A stretch of DNA of 64,000 nucleotides. Source: Takakia lepidozioides (Eukaryota; Plantae; Bryophyta). Location of the stretch: positions 56,792,001 to 56,856,000 of the forward strand of contig CM060733.1 of assembly GCA_030704615.1 (NCBI GenBank), given 5' to 3'. Made by a program: the position numbers and the translations under genes. Of the stretch, positions 49,060 through 61,789 are shown in pieces. The notes beneath the pieces are model-generated. The model was not told the DNA's origin. It saw only the letters and a program-made list of their open reading frames with translations, and did no database searches. Position 1 is the first letter of the stretch, and the number at the start of each line of letters is the position of its first letter.

Positions 49060-52000
49060 TTAATTCGGCGCCGAATTTCCATCCAGCAGGTAAGTGGAAT
49101 CCCGGATGGATGGAAATCCGGCGTCGAATTTCCATCCATCGGGGTTTCGAATTACCTGCAGGATGGAAATCCGGCGCCGAATTTCCATCCTGCAGGTAAT
49201 TCGAAACCCCGATGGATGGAAATCCGGCACCGAATTTCCATCCAGCAGGTAAGTCGGATCGCTGGCGTATGGATATTCGGCGCCGAATTTCCATTCACCA
49301 GGTATTTCATCGCTCAGAATTACCTTTCTGCAGGTAATTCTTATCGATGAATTACCTTCCTGCAGGTAATTCTGAGCGAGGAATTACCTTCCTACCTGGA
49401 AATTCGGCGCCGAATATCCATACGCCAGCGATCCGACTTACCTGCTGGATGGAAATTCGGCGCCGGATTTCCATCCATCGAGGATTCGAATTACCTGCAG
49501 GATGGAAATGCGGCGCCGGATTTCCATCCATCCGGGATTCCACTTACATGCTGGATGGAAATTCGGCGCCGGGTTTCCATCCATCCGGGATTGCACTTAC
49601 CTGCTGGATGGAAATTCGGCGCCGAATTTCCATCAGGGGGATGGTCTCTGTCGGAGAGGTGCCGGCCTCTCCGCCGCTCTGTTGGATATTCGGTGCCGAA
49701 TTTCCGTCCGGGGGTTGAAATATGACGGCCTGGTGCTGACCTCTCCCCCCTCCCCGACTGCATTGGAACGGCCCCGGATTGAAATTCGGCGCCGTTTTCC
49801 CATCTGGGGAGGTTTTTATGTTGGCCAGTTTTCGGTCTGACCTCCCGACACGACTTCTTTTGGGAGGGCCCGGATGGAAATTCGGCGCCGAATCTCCATC
49901 CGGGGGATGCTCTCTGTCGAACACGTGCCGACCTCTACGCCCGAGGCGACTTCATCCGGGCGTCCCCTGTTCGATATTCGGTGCCGAATTTCCGTCCGGG
50001 GGTTGATATGTGACAGCCAAGTACCGGCCTCTCCCCCCTCCCCGAGTGCATCCGAACCGCCCCGGATGGAATTCGGCGCCGTTTTTCCATCTGGTGATGT
50101 TTTTATGCCGGCCAGTTCTCGGCCTGACCCCCCGACACGACTTCCTTTGGGGGGGCCCGGATGGAAATTCGGCGCCGAATCTCCATCCAGGGGATGTTCT
50201 CTGTCGCATACGCGCCGGCCTCTGCGCCCGAGGCAACTTCATCCGGGCTTCCCCTGTTGGATATTGGGTGCCGAATTTCCATTTGGGGGTAGTAATGTGA
50301 CGGCACGGTGCCGGCTTCTCCCCTTCAGGCGTCATCATCCGGACGGCCCCCCACTTTCTGACTGCATACCGTTGGCAGTTATTGCGCAAAGACCAGGGGC
50401 CCATGACAAACATGGCCGAATCAGTGCACTCTTCCTGGCGTGCCTCCTCTGCAGCGCATCTGGTGGACATCCTCACTGCCACAACGGAGGACATTGTGAG
50501 GTCAATTATGCAGCAATGCAGGTACAACGAGTTCTTCAAAGGGAAACAGTGGGGCTTGGGGCCAGACATGCAGGAAATGCTGATGCGGACTGCCTGTAGA
50601 TCGAAGAATCCTCGGAAGTGGGCGGCGGCCTTGCGAGAGGGCATTCGGGACACGCCATTGCTGCGAAGAGGCCAACATCTGGAAGGAGATGTTCATACCC
50701 GTCCAGTGAGATGAAGAATTGACGAGGCACCTAGCGAAGAAGAGGATTCATGGCGAGCTGACAAGAATATTCGCACGCTCCCTCGTGGTCCGGTGATGTT
50801 GCCCGAGGAGGTCTCGTCGAGCACCGCATGTCCTGCACGTTCAAGATCGCCATCTCCTTTGAGCACACGGCGCGTGCCCCGACAACATAACGAGCCATCT
50901 GTAGTAAAGCAGTACAACATTCCCATTGTGGAGACAAGAGTGTCGGAGTCACAGTGGAGAATTGCGAGGACATTGCCGGCATTTCGAGGGAAGTGCTGCG
51001 CCATCCGGGTGGATACGAGAGCACGCTGTGGTGAGATGATTCGGAGGAACCCACACGGTGCTGTACCTGCACCTTGTTTCAGCGGCAGATTTTTTACTCC
51101 CACATTTGCTCACGCCACAACGCAGACATTTTGGTTCTGTAGGCACGATATAATGACCTGTGTATTTGGCAAGCCCAAGTACGGGATTCAGGGAATGCCG
51201 GAGCCTCCAAGCGTCTGGCCTGTTGCACCGGGTTGCAGCTTCTCTCAGAATGAGGCGGATGCTCTATCTGCAGCAGGATTTCGAATGGTGCAACGCACAG
51301 ACATCCCGGCCCACGCATTTCCGGTTCCTCAGACCCAGCCATTGCAGACTGCTCGGTCCAGTAGAGACGGATTGGACAATTCTGCACATCCCACAATGCG
51401 ATTCGGAAGAGTGAAGAGACGACACCCTCCCAACAAGTTGAATGAGACTCGGATTGCCAATGCTCTTGGGATGGCTTGCACTATTCAGAGCTCCGTGGAC
51501 GTACCCCCACCCGGCCTTGGGCGTGTGTATCGGATGGCAACGGCCGGCTCGGCTGTACGCGACGATGTATACACAATTACGATTGGAGTGGAGCCGACTT
51601 GCAATTGTACGAACGTCTCGTTGATGGAAGCAAAGAAGGGTTCCAAGTATTATCCGTGCAAGCATCTGTATTACATTTACCTGAAAAGGTTGAGGATGAA
51701 CGTGACTATTGATGACTTTATTCATGCACCGGCGTTGAGCGTGAACGAGCTGCACAAACTCCTCTTTAGGGATTCCAGAAATCATTGATGGGGCAAAGGG
51801 AATCCTCCATATGGATATTTTCAATTGCATTTTGCTGTATCAGACTTTTTTTTGCAGTGTAATGAAATGCACCCCAAAACTCCTGGAATGAGGCAATATT
51901 CCATTCAAACTGAGATCCAACAGAAGTAGTTGTGGGGCCATTTCTGGAAAAATGGCGCCGAATTTCTCTTTTTGGGGCCGAAAACTGGCTAAGTCCCAAC

Positions 52001-52548
52001 ATGCACTGGTACCTGTGTCTGGGAAAATGGCGCCGAATTTCTCTTTTTTGGGCCGAAAACTGGCTAAGTCCCAACATGCACTGGTACAGTGTCTGGAAAA
52101 ATGTCGCCGAATTTCCCTATTTTGCGCCGAAAACTGGCTAAGTCCGAACATGCACTGGAAAAATGGCGCCGAATTACCTGTCATGAGGGGACCTATAGCC
52201 GCGGAATTCGGCACCATTTTTCGCCAGAGAGACCTATTACCGCGAAATACGTCGCCGTTTTTTCAGGTTACGGACCCTATTACCGCGAAATTCGGCGCCA
52301 TATTTGCACATGTCGCTGGGAATTGGCATGAGCGGAAGACAAAATATCATGAGCACAACTGTCAAAACTGCAATTTTCCCTTCAAGGGGCCGAATAATAT
52401 ATTTGTTTTTCCTGACACATTGCATTAAATTATTGTTTTTTATTGTTTTTTATTTTCGAAATTTGTACTTCTGCTCATGAAAACCGATTGTCTTACTACT
52501 CTGCTCATGCCGCTCATGCCGCTCATGCTCATGAAATAGCAAACCTCG
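49060..52548 (-). mobile_element. Left part of internally deleted MULE copy (subfamily B): palindrome array, 3' half of transposase, left terminus
   Basis: Type-B palindromes at 49060-50290. TNMAESVHSSW to CNCT..YPCKHL on + at 50400-51788. Terminus GAAATAGCAAACCTCG at 52548. Confidence 0.9.
50400..51788 (+). pseudogene. 5'-truncated MULE transposase (catalytic E region through SWIM finger)
   Basis: Homologous to 25431-26830 and 58025-59445. Lacks the two catalytic Asp regions and has a stop at ~50712. Confidence 0.88.
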
Positions 52549-54105
52549 GTTCCTCTTTAGTTCCCACATTCACTTCCCTCACCTGCTCATCAGCTGTGAT
52601 TGTCCAACCAGTCACCACTTCATCCTGTAAGCTCACAGTGGCTGGTTCCTCTAGGATTTCCATTTCTCCTTCTCTTTCTTCATAGAAATGTGATGGGTAA
52701 CTGCTGGTTTCCTCTTCAGTTGGTGTTGCTGTCACTACACCACAGCAGATACCTCTTAAACAACTTAGGCTTTCCAGCCGCATCTCTGCAACCTGCTCCC
52801 ACTCTAGGTGTGCAGCAAATAGGGTAGCTTCATGCTCCTCATCCAGTCCTCCTCTCCAGTCATACTCTCTGACTCCTCGAGGTCTTCTTGTAGCAGGTAA
52901 TCTACTAGATTTCTTTGTGGTAATTTGTATCTCGTGTATCCCATTATGCACGGTTAGTAACTGAGAATTCCAGTCATGGAATACCCTGGCCTGTTTCAGC
53001 CACGGACGTCCCAATAATAAGGAGTAAGCCTCCATGACTTCATCCATCTTCAACACAGTTAATGTGATCATAAAGATCATCTTCTGTATCTGTATCTTAA
53101 CTCCTCTTATCAATCCCAATGGCTGTACACTTCTTTGATCTGCCATTGTTACTGTAAATGGGGCTGGTTTCATGTTACTTAGACCAAGCTTCTTCCTTAA
53201 TTGGTCTGTCATGATATTTACTCCAGAACCTCCATCTATCAGTACATCAGTTAGTTCTGTGCTCCCAATTCTCAATTGGATTACTGGCATAGAATCATCA
53301 AAGTCCATGACTGTTTCTCGCCCTTCCGGCTTCACATTATAACTGGTCACCTTGCTGTTCAGGTCTGTGTTTCCTGTCTCCTGGGCAATTCGATTGATTG
53401 CTTGATACAGCCTGTGCCTACAATAAGGTGCCACAGCTAATAGCTGTCCAATGGTAATTTCTGCTTTGGTCTGGCATATTACTTCAGCCAAAGTTTCTTC
53501 ATTACTTTGCACGCCTACATCTTCTTTCTTCCTTTCATCCTCACTCACTTCTTCTTCTCCCTCAGAATCAGAGGAATCTGCCATAGGAATATCAGTACTC
53601 TTCTGCATTTCCCTTATAGTATCTGCCACTTCCTTGTGCAGTTCCTTCTCATCTTTCCAAGTCTCTTTATCTTCAGGCATATCACTGCCATCTTCATTAT
53701 CATCATCTTCCTCAGCTACTGGAGGTATTAGTTTGGCTTTGCTTCTGGTTACTATCATTGTACTTACTTCTGGTACAACACATGGCCTAACCATGTGAGC
53801 TGCCACCACTGGGCCCTCATTCATAGGAGCTCTCATCTCATTCTGGTGTCTTATCCAGAATGAACAGGCTGCCCTGCGATGTCCTGGCTGATTACAATAG
53901 TAACATAGTTCTTCACCATTGGGTCTTCGCCCTTGGTCTGTTCTTGGATTATTTCTGTAATCCTGATTCCCGGGCTGGTAATTCCCCCTTGGATTACCCT
54001 GATAGTTGCCTCTGCAATTTCCTTGGTAATTCCCTCTTGAATTACCTCTCCCTTCCATGCCATTGTTATAACCACCAGACCTACCATAGTGGTCCTATTC
54101 ATTGT
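52549..54105 (-). mobile_element. Gypsy copy 2, 5' half (gag C-terminus with CCHC knuckle and aspartic protease)
   Basis: CYYCNQPGHRRAAC, VLIDGGSGVNIM, LLLGRPWL. 52549-52910 matches 24185-24542. Confidence 0.93.
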
Positions 54106-54620
54106 TTCTTCTTGGCTGGGGCTGCACCTGATGCACCCTTGCGATGTCCTCTTGTTTTATATCCAGAATCTTCGCATTGACTGCATAGTGCCATTCGGGG
54201 TCGTCGACATGCTGCTCTGTTATCACATCCATCCACGCCAAGTAGCGGTGGTTGCCGTCATAGATATACAACCATTGGTTGCTCAAGAACTCCCAGGTGG
54301 TGCCCTTGATGGCCTCCTCAAAGTAGCGGTCCTCCTCTTGCCAATGCATGTCCCAGGTCGCTCTATCCTTGGCCGTGATGGTGGAAGCCACTCCTGCGGT
54401 GTTGTTTGTTGCAAGCAGAAAGGACGCAAGGACGTCGTTGTACCCATCTCCCTAAAAAAACGCTTCAGCTTCTCTACCCCGGGCCTTTCAGCTCGCCGAA
54501 CAGCGGGTAGCGTCCTCATCCTACACAGGCCGGAACACGTGGAGGGTGGCCTTTTCGGAGAAGATGGGAAATGGAGCTGTAGGTGTGGTTCAGGGCGCTG
54601 TCTCTCAACGTCTTTAGAGC
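54106..54620 (-). pseudogene. ParB-domain exon of the subfamily C ParB-MTase paralog
   Basis: LCRMRTLPAVRRAERPGVEKLKRFF and WLYIYDGNHRYLAW..WHYAVNAKIL align with LCRMVSLPIVRQALPGDVDKLKFAF and FFVWDGNHRLLAW..WHYMVECVIL. Confidence 0.85.
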
Positions 54621-57600
54621 TCTCTGTCGTCTCTCTGCAGTGAGCACCACATCTACGCCAGGCACTGCTAGACCCCTGGCATGCTGACCCTTGTGCGAGC
54701 TCCCTACTCCCGGCGACAAGCGGTTTGATACCGACATGGGCGAGCGATCTGATTTCTGCTGCCATGAGGAGGATGGGGTGGAGGCGTCTGCAGATCCAGA
54801 TTGCCCTTTTGTGGTGTTCCCCCGCGCCTTCCCTCGCCCGCGCGCCTGCTTGCTGTGTAGTGTGAAAAGAAGGGGCATGAATCCCCTTCTGTGTGATTCT
54901 AATTGTACTCCTCTCTAGTTGAAGCGAAACAAAAGGAAGGAATGTTCTAGTGATCCAACCATCGTCACACGGCTGTGGGTTTCCCTCAGGTCGTTCATGA
55001 TCAGAGTTCATGCAATCCTCATCCATGCCGCAGCGGAAGAGAAGACATGGATGGGGAGTCTTGATTGTTCTTGCTCTTGGTTCTACTTTTATACAACAGC
55101 CTTGCCCTACATGTACAGCACCAGCAGTGCTGCCATGATGTCTTCAGTGATGCAACCAGCCCTATGTCAGTGCTAAACACAACCCTTGTGGGCAGCTCCC
55201 TTGAGTAGCAACACGTCAGAAGCCCCTTTTTGTAATGAGATCACGGATTAGAGGGAGGCAGCTCAGATCTGCCATGAACTGCAGGCCTACTAGTTTTCTT
55301 CAGGGTTCATGTTTTCTTTATCTTATCTCCCCAATTGGCCATCCCTCATCAACCCCTTTTACTGGGCAGCTCTCTCCCTTCCCAAACCTTTCTCTCTCTC
55401 TCTCTCTCTCTCTTTCTTGGTGGTACAGATTCCTCACTTTTTCAACAGCAGCATATCTACAATGCAATGCAATGCACATTCAGCCAGGCATCCAGTGCAC
55501 CCAGCCTTGGAATCAACCTTGGTCACACAAGACATGATCAGCCCCTTCATCAGTCTCTCTCATGCCAATGACTGACCCTTCACACTACCTTTTCCCAAAG
55601 GGGACCCATTTGCCCAAACAGTTCACAACCCTTCTACAGGTCTCAAACTAAACACCCTAACAGCTCTCTTTTTCCCATCAACTGTGAACCTCAGTTGTTC
55701 ATATGCTGAGACCACTCTGAAAATCAGTTCCAAACCCCCAAATCAGTGTTGGTTTTGCTTCCCCATCCACATCATCCCTTCTCTATTTCCAAACAGTTCT
55801 AGCTAACCCTCACTGGTGCCCTCAATCAGCTAAGCTAGGTCTACATTGGCTCCAATGTATCAACACCCAGGGCTGCATTGTGTGCAGGCTCATGATACTG
55901 AAACAAAGAACAAAAACAAGACAAACAGCAACCATTCTGACTCTGTGATGAGCTATCTCTGTCCCCACTCATTTCTCCTACTGACAATGTAACATCAGGT
56001 GCATCCATCTCCACCCTATCCTGGTTTGAAGTCCAGTGTCTCCATTCCATTTCTCAAAGCTTTTTCCCTTGCTCACATATCTCTCTCTCTTTCTCTATAT
56101 AAAGAGTCAGTCCAAAAATTTCACAAAACGATTTCTAAGTGCCAAAAAAAGGAAGCCAGCAATCTACGAACTTATCTGTCTTATACTCCACTGAAGCGGT
56201 GGGTCTGCCTGCCAAGATGGCACCTCACCATCTCCGTCAGCAGCCACATTAACGCCTCTCCTCATCTTGATTCCAGTATTCATCATGCCATGACGGCTCT
56301 GCTTCACCCTATGGCAACATCCCTGTGGCTTGCCAACTAAATACCCTATCCTTTTATACGTGCAATTCTTCCCTAAGAATTGATATGGTCCTATAGCAAG
56401 AAGACAGAAAGCAGCTCTAAGTTTTAATTACAAATAACCTGAGTTGCCATCTACACAAGCCAGCACTTCACATGCCTTGGCAGCTGTTGAGCCGCTCCAT
56501 CCCCTCCATTGATTGTGCCACAACTCCACTTCCCTGTTCTCTGGCAGCTGGCTGCTTCCCTTGCATGCTCATCCTCCCATGACCATGTTCATCAAGGCAA
56601 TGGCGGCACAGGTGTTGCACCGCTCTTCCTGTAAGCTTATCCTCCAGAAACTGATCATTACCAAGAAGAAGGCGGCACCGCTTCCCTGATGCACAGATTA
56701 CCAAGCTGTGCCCTTTAACGCTTCTCTTAATGCAAGCCAGAATGCGCCAGTGCAGATGCAATTTCCCTTGACACAATGCCATGCCAATTCCACTGTTCGC
56801 AGCATCTGCTCAGAGTGCCCGTCATCTTCCCCTTCATCTTCCTCGACCCGCGTTTCTAGGGTAATCACCAGCGATGAAAGACATTCATCCTATGGATGAA
56901 AACACGCCTGGTCACGACTTAGCCACTTTCATCCTGGCAAAGTATCAGCATAGTGTGCCCATGAAACAACCTGTAGGCAGGGATGTATTCCGCCCATCAT
57001 TGGTACCAGGGCACTCCCTTTGTAGCAATGCAGAATCTTAGTGGGTAAAACAAAAATTTAATGTTACTCCCCTGCATTCACACTACAGCTGCTCTGCGAA
57101 TTGGAAACAATGGTGCGGGTCCTCAGCACGAGGTTTACTATTTCATGAGCAGAAACCATGACCATGAGCCATGAGCCGCATGAGCGGTGACTCGAAGTCT
57201 AAGACACGTGGATTTCATGAGCGGACTCCTCCAAATTTGGAAATGCGACAGATTAAACAAGTATTAAAATAATAGTTTTTTTTTATTTGACCTTGCCGTT
57301 TTTGGAAGTTCCACATCCTGTAATGCGGCGAAGATATGTCGTCTGTAACAAGTCCGCTCATGGTTTTTTAGATCCGCTCATGGAAATGATTGACCGTGCA
57401 ACGAGAAATCCAGTATACCACGGCAAAAGGACGTCGCATACTGGCCTGTATAGAGTATTCCGCGGTTTTACATGCCTTAACATTGGAATGAAGTTGACCC
57501 TTCTGCCGCGATTGAACCAATAGAGTCTGCACCAATAGAGTCTGCAATACTTCACAATTCTGTCATCTTCGGGTATTCGGCGGGAAAGATTTGCGACTCA

Positions 57601-58024
57601 ACTGGGAAATGCGGTGCCGCATTAGGGCTATGCGAAATTTCTGGGGAGTTTGGTGTTGGCGACGGTCGGCTCCCTGAAGGCTGGGTGCGACTATCTTGCT
57701 ATGACGAAGGCCACATCTACCAGTACCTACGACGTTACTTGGAAATGCGGCACCGCATTTCCTTGCTGGGGGTCGAATGAGGAAATCAAAGTTTGGGAGA
57801 GCAGAAAAACAGGAACCCTCCAACAAACAAAAATACAAGCACGTAGAAACAAAAGTGGATGACATAGTATTATCTTAGTTTGAGCAAAACAGGTTACTGG
57901 TAGGCAAGACATAAGTCCGACCTTTTTGTGGCCAGACTCAGAGGTACTTGCAGCAGTACAGTTCTACTACAACTGAAACTTTGAAAAGGATGGGCGTACC
58001 ATGGTTGGGGACCGCAAGCCAAGC

Positions 58025-61000
58025 TCACTGGTCCCCTGGATCCATATTCAGAAGAGTGTGCACCTCTTGGGGGCTCAACCCTGGTGCATGTATGAAGTGA
58101 TGAGTTGTGGAATTACACCGAAGTCTCTTTAGGTACACGTAGTACAGATGCTTGCAAGGGCAGTATGATGCCCCCTTGTTCGCCATGATCTGGAAGTCGG
58201 TGCAATTGCAGGTGGGTAATTCTGAAATGGTGATGGTGTACACCTCATTGCAAACAGCTGAGCCTGCCGTGGCCATCTGATACACACGCCCGAAGCCTGG
58301 TGGGGGCACTTCTGTCGAGCTCTGGATTGTACAGTTCATCCGAAGTGCATTCCCCATCCTTGTCTCGTTCACTTTTGAGGGAGGTCGCCGCCTCTTCGGT
58401 TTCCCCCAACGGTGTGTAGGATGCTTAGAGCTGTCGTGTCCCATTGCTCTTGCTTTCACAGGGGTCGGTGGTGGAGGCTGTGGAAGCGGAAATGGTTGTC
58501 TGGGGATGTCAGTGCGCTGCACCATCCGAAATCCTACGACGGTAAGGGCGTCGGCCTCAACATGACTCAGATCGCAGCCTAGTTCCACCGGCCACACCGG
58601 GGGAGCCTCTGGCATTGTTTGATACCGTACTTGGGCTTTCCATACACGCAAGTCATAATGTCGTGCCTGCAGAACCAAAACTGGGCGGTTGTCGCCTCCG
58701 CAAACTTTGCATGGACAAATCTTCCTGTAAAAGTAGGAACAGGGACAGCCCCATCTGGATTCCTCCTTATCATCTCTAAACAACGTTGTCGTGTATCCAC
58801 TCAAATTGCGGAACACCTACCTCAAAACGACAGCTTTGTGCGAGCAATTTTCCACTGTGACGTAGACACAGTCGTCTCCACAATGGCTTGGCCATACTGC
58901 ATAACAACGGGCAGAATCTGGGGCAAGCGAGCGGTGGGAATTTCTCGCACGGAATCCCTGCTTGAAGGCGATGGTGATCTGGAATTTCTTGGGCTTCCAC
59001 TGCTGGAAGACACATTGTGCGGCAACATGACGGGACCTCGAGGTGCTGTCCGAATGTTCCTGTCGGATCTCCAGGAATCCTCTTCACACCCAGGTTCCTC
59101 TTCAATCCTCCGCCTCACAGGGCGAGTACGGACGTCCCCCTCTAGGTGTTCACCTCTGCGGTGCAGAGGCGTCCCTTTGATCTTCTCTCGCAATGCTGTC
59201 GCCCATTTCAGTGGATTCTTTGACCTCGAAGCTGTTCGTACCAACAATTCCTCCCTGTCCGGCCCAAAGCCCCATTGTTTCCCGCTCAGGAACTTGTAGT
59301 ACGCGGCTTGCTGCATGATTGCTCTATCGATGTCCTCCGTTGTGGCCGTCACTACGTCCACCAGATGTGCGGCAGAAGACGCTCGCCAGGAGGAGTGGAC
59401 TGATTCTGCCATATTCGTGTTCGACATGTCCGTGTCGGAATCCAAGCACCGCTCCTACAAGGACACAAACAATGGTGAGGGACCAATGGAAAGGTCCGTA
59501 ATAGAAAGACAATTGCACGAAAATGACAGCATCATACCTCTCGCATGTACTGTCCGAACTGTCGATACCGGAAATGCCACCACCCCAACCAGCTGTGCAA
59601 GGCTCCCAGATTGGTTGTCTCCACTGCACCTGACGTGTTCCACCAAGCCTCGATGATAGCAAACTTAACCTCCGCATCATCAAATGTGGGTGCATCCTTC
59701 CACGCCGTACAAAGGACACGGTGTTCAGCCTGGAATGAGCTAGCAACAAATTTGGTAGTGTAGTGAGATAGACTCTGCATCCAATGGAATCCACAGGATC
59801 TCTCTTTCCCCTCCATTGGAACATTGGGGTCCTCACCGTACACACGCCGCACCACTGCCCAGTTGGCCTGAGCGTTGTCTGCCATGAATCCTCTGAAATT
59901 GGGCTCTGGCAATCCCGCCCTTGCCATCTGCTCGTTTATGCCCTCCCACAGATGCATCTCCGACTGTGTGTCCTCCCCTTTCATCTCGCAGATTGCAATC
60001 GTCATGAGCCTCTTGGAGTGATAGTCATAAATATGCGAACCTATAGTCACCCACTGATGGTTTATAATTCGCTTGATGTGATCAAACATCACCCAAGCAT
60101 TCGACAAGTTTCCAGTTGTCATGCGAGTGACCAAGTCGACTTCCACTCCCAGGCCCACACGTCGACATTTTAAAAATGTAACAACGATCGGATTCGCTGC
60201 CTTGCCCTGGAAACTTGCTACCTTGGATGTAGTCATATCCAGTCATTCGTTTCACCTCCAGGATTGAGTGCATGTCCGACCCCCGGCCGAACTCCTGCTT
60301 GCAAGATACGATGTGATTCTGCACATTCGGACTACAAACATGCGAGACGGACTCCAACAAGTCAAGCATCTCCTCTTCATTCAAGGGCACTCGGTCTGAA
60401 CCATCTTCAGACATGATTTTTCTAAGAGCAATCTTGTGGGCTGCCTTCAGCTGAATCTGCTTTGGTCTGGCTTTGGGGCTCAATTTCACCTCCTCTTTTA
60501 TGATGTCGTGTGCTTCCTGCACAGCCTCACGCATGTTGCCTCTCGCCAAGGGATGGCAGTGGACCCCCGTGTATGCAAGCTCTAGTCAAGTCCGGGAGCA
60601 AATGGATTACGTAATATTGCTTGGCTCTGCACATGGACATGCACGTCGGTGGTTCTTTGCAATGTGCACACTTGAAAGTACCCGCAGGAGCTTGGCTGGA
60701 GACAATGAATGGATGATGGGTTGTGCCAGCCCAATCCGTCTTTTCTCCGCCCTCCTTTGGAGAGAAAGTGGAAGCAGGCGGGATTGAGGCACCTCAGCTT
60801 CCCCACACAGAGGACGTATCGTACACGAACACCATCAGCAATTTTCGTGCTACTGGTCTTCGTCACACACCAGGGGTGTCCGTCATGCTTTCGATCCATG
60901 TCTGTTAACATCCCTGAGGCTTTGTTTGACGAAGTAACAGGTGGAAACTCGAAGATGACATTGTCATCGACTTCGGGAGGCAGATACATTACCTTCCTGA

Positions 61001-61760
61001 CTGGAAATTTGGCATAGTCGAGAGCAGCAAGCAGCTCGGAGCGAGAACCATCGAGGTGATGTTGTCGTAGGAGCTGCACAATGGACCGGGTTGGAGTTAT
61101 GCTCGAGGTACATGCGTAGCACCTGCAGAGACGTCCATGTCGGATTTGAACGACCGTGTGGAGGACATGGGGACCTCAATGCACTCATCTTCCTTGTCAG
61201 AAATGTCAAATACATCCACACGAGAAGCTATGGAGGGTCTTGATGGTCCAAGTTGGGAATGATTATCGTTGCATACCTCTCTGTTGGCAGTGGCCGCCAG
61301 TCGGTTTCCCGACTCCTTTGTGGATGGTGTGGGTACCGACTGATTCGGAAAGGGAATGGGCATTCCCACAGCTCGGTACAGGATGGTGTCTGATGCGGGT
61401 ACGTGCCATTCGATTCCGCAACCTCCGTCGTTACCTAGCACGGACAATTGGTCTCGTCAACCTGTCCAGGAACATCCTTCCTTTCTTCTTCCAAAATAAA
61501 CTGTGCCCGGTTTGAGCTTGAATTCGGAAAAAAGGTAAGTTTCAGTCACTCTGCAAAGTCCTCCCTCGTTTGGGATCCAGGCTCTCCCAAGTTGCGGAGG
61601 AAAAACAAACTATAGCGTAGGAATTCGGAGCCGTCGAAGACCGCACGAAGTTGGCAAGCGATAGACTAAGGCTCACAGACACCATGTAAGTGGATCTGTG
61701 GAGTCCATCGACAATGGAAGTCGCACATTGAAGTGGAAAAAAAGTATGTTTCAAGCTACA
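58025..61760 (-). CDS. Mutator-family DDE/SWIM transposase (copy A2; frameshifted as assembled)
   Basis: ORF 59532-60236 (VMFDH..MADNAQAN..CGFHW), ORF 58822-59445 (NMAES) and ORF 58025-58816 (CNCTDF..CPCKHL). Confidence 0.87.
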
Positions 61761-61789
61761 TGCCTGAAGGGGGGAGGTATCTTAGCATG

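Noticed and set aside
55000-57100. Possible gene or element in the CT-rich region
   Set aside because: Only short ORFs without motifs and CT microsatellites; no termini identified.
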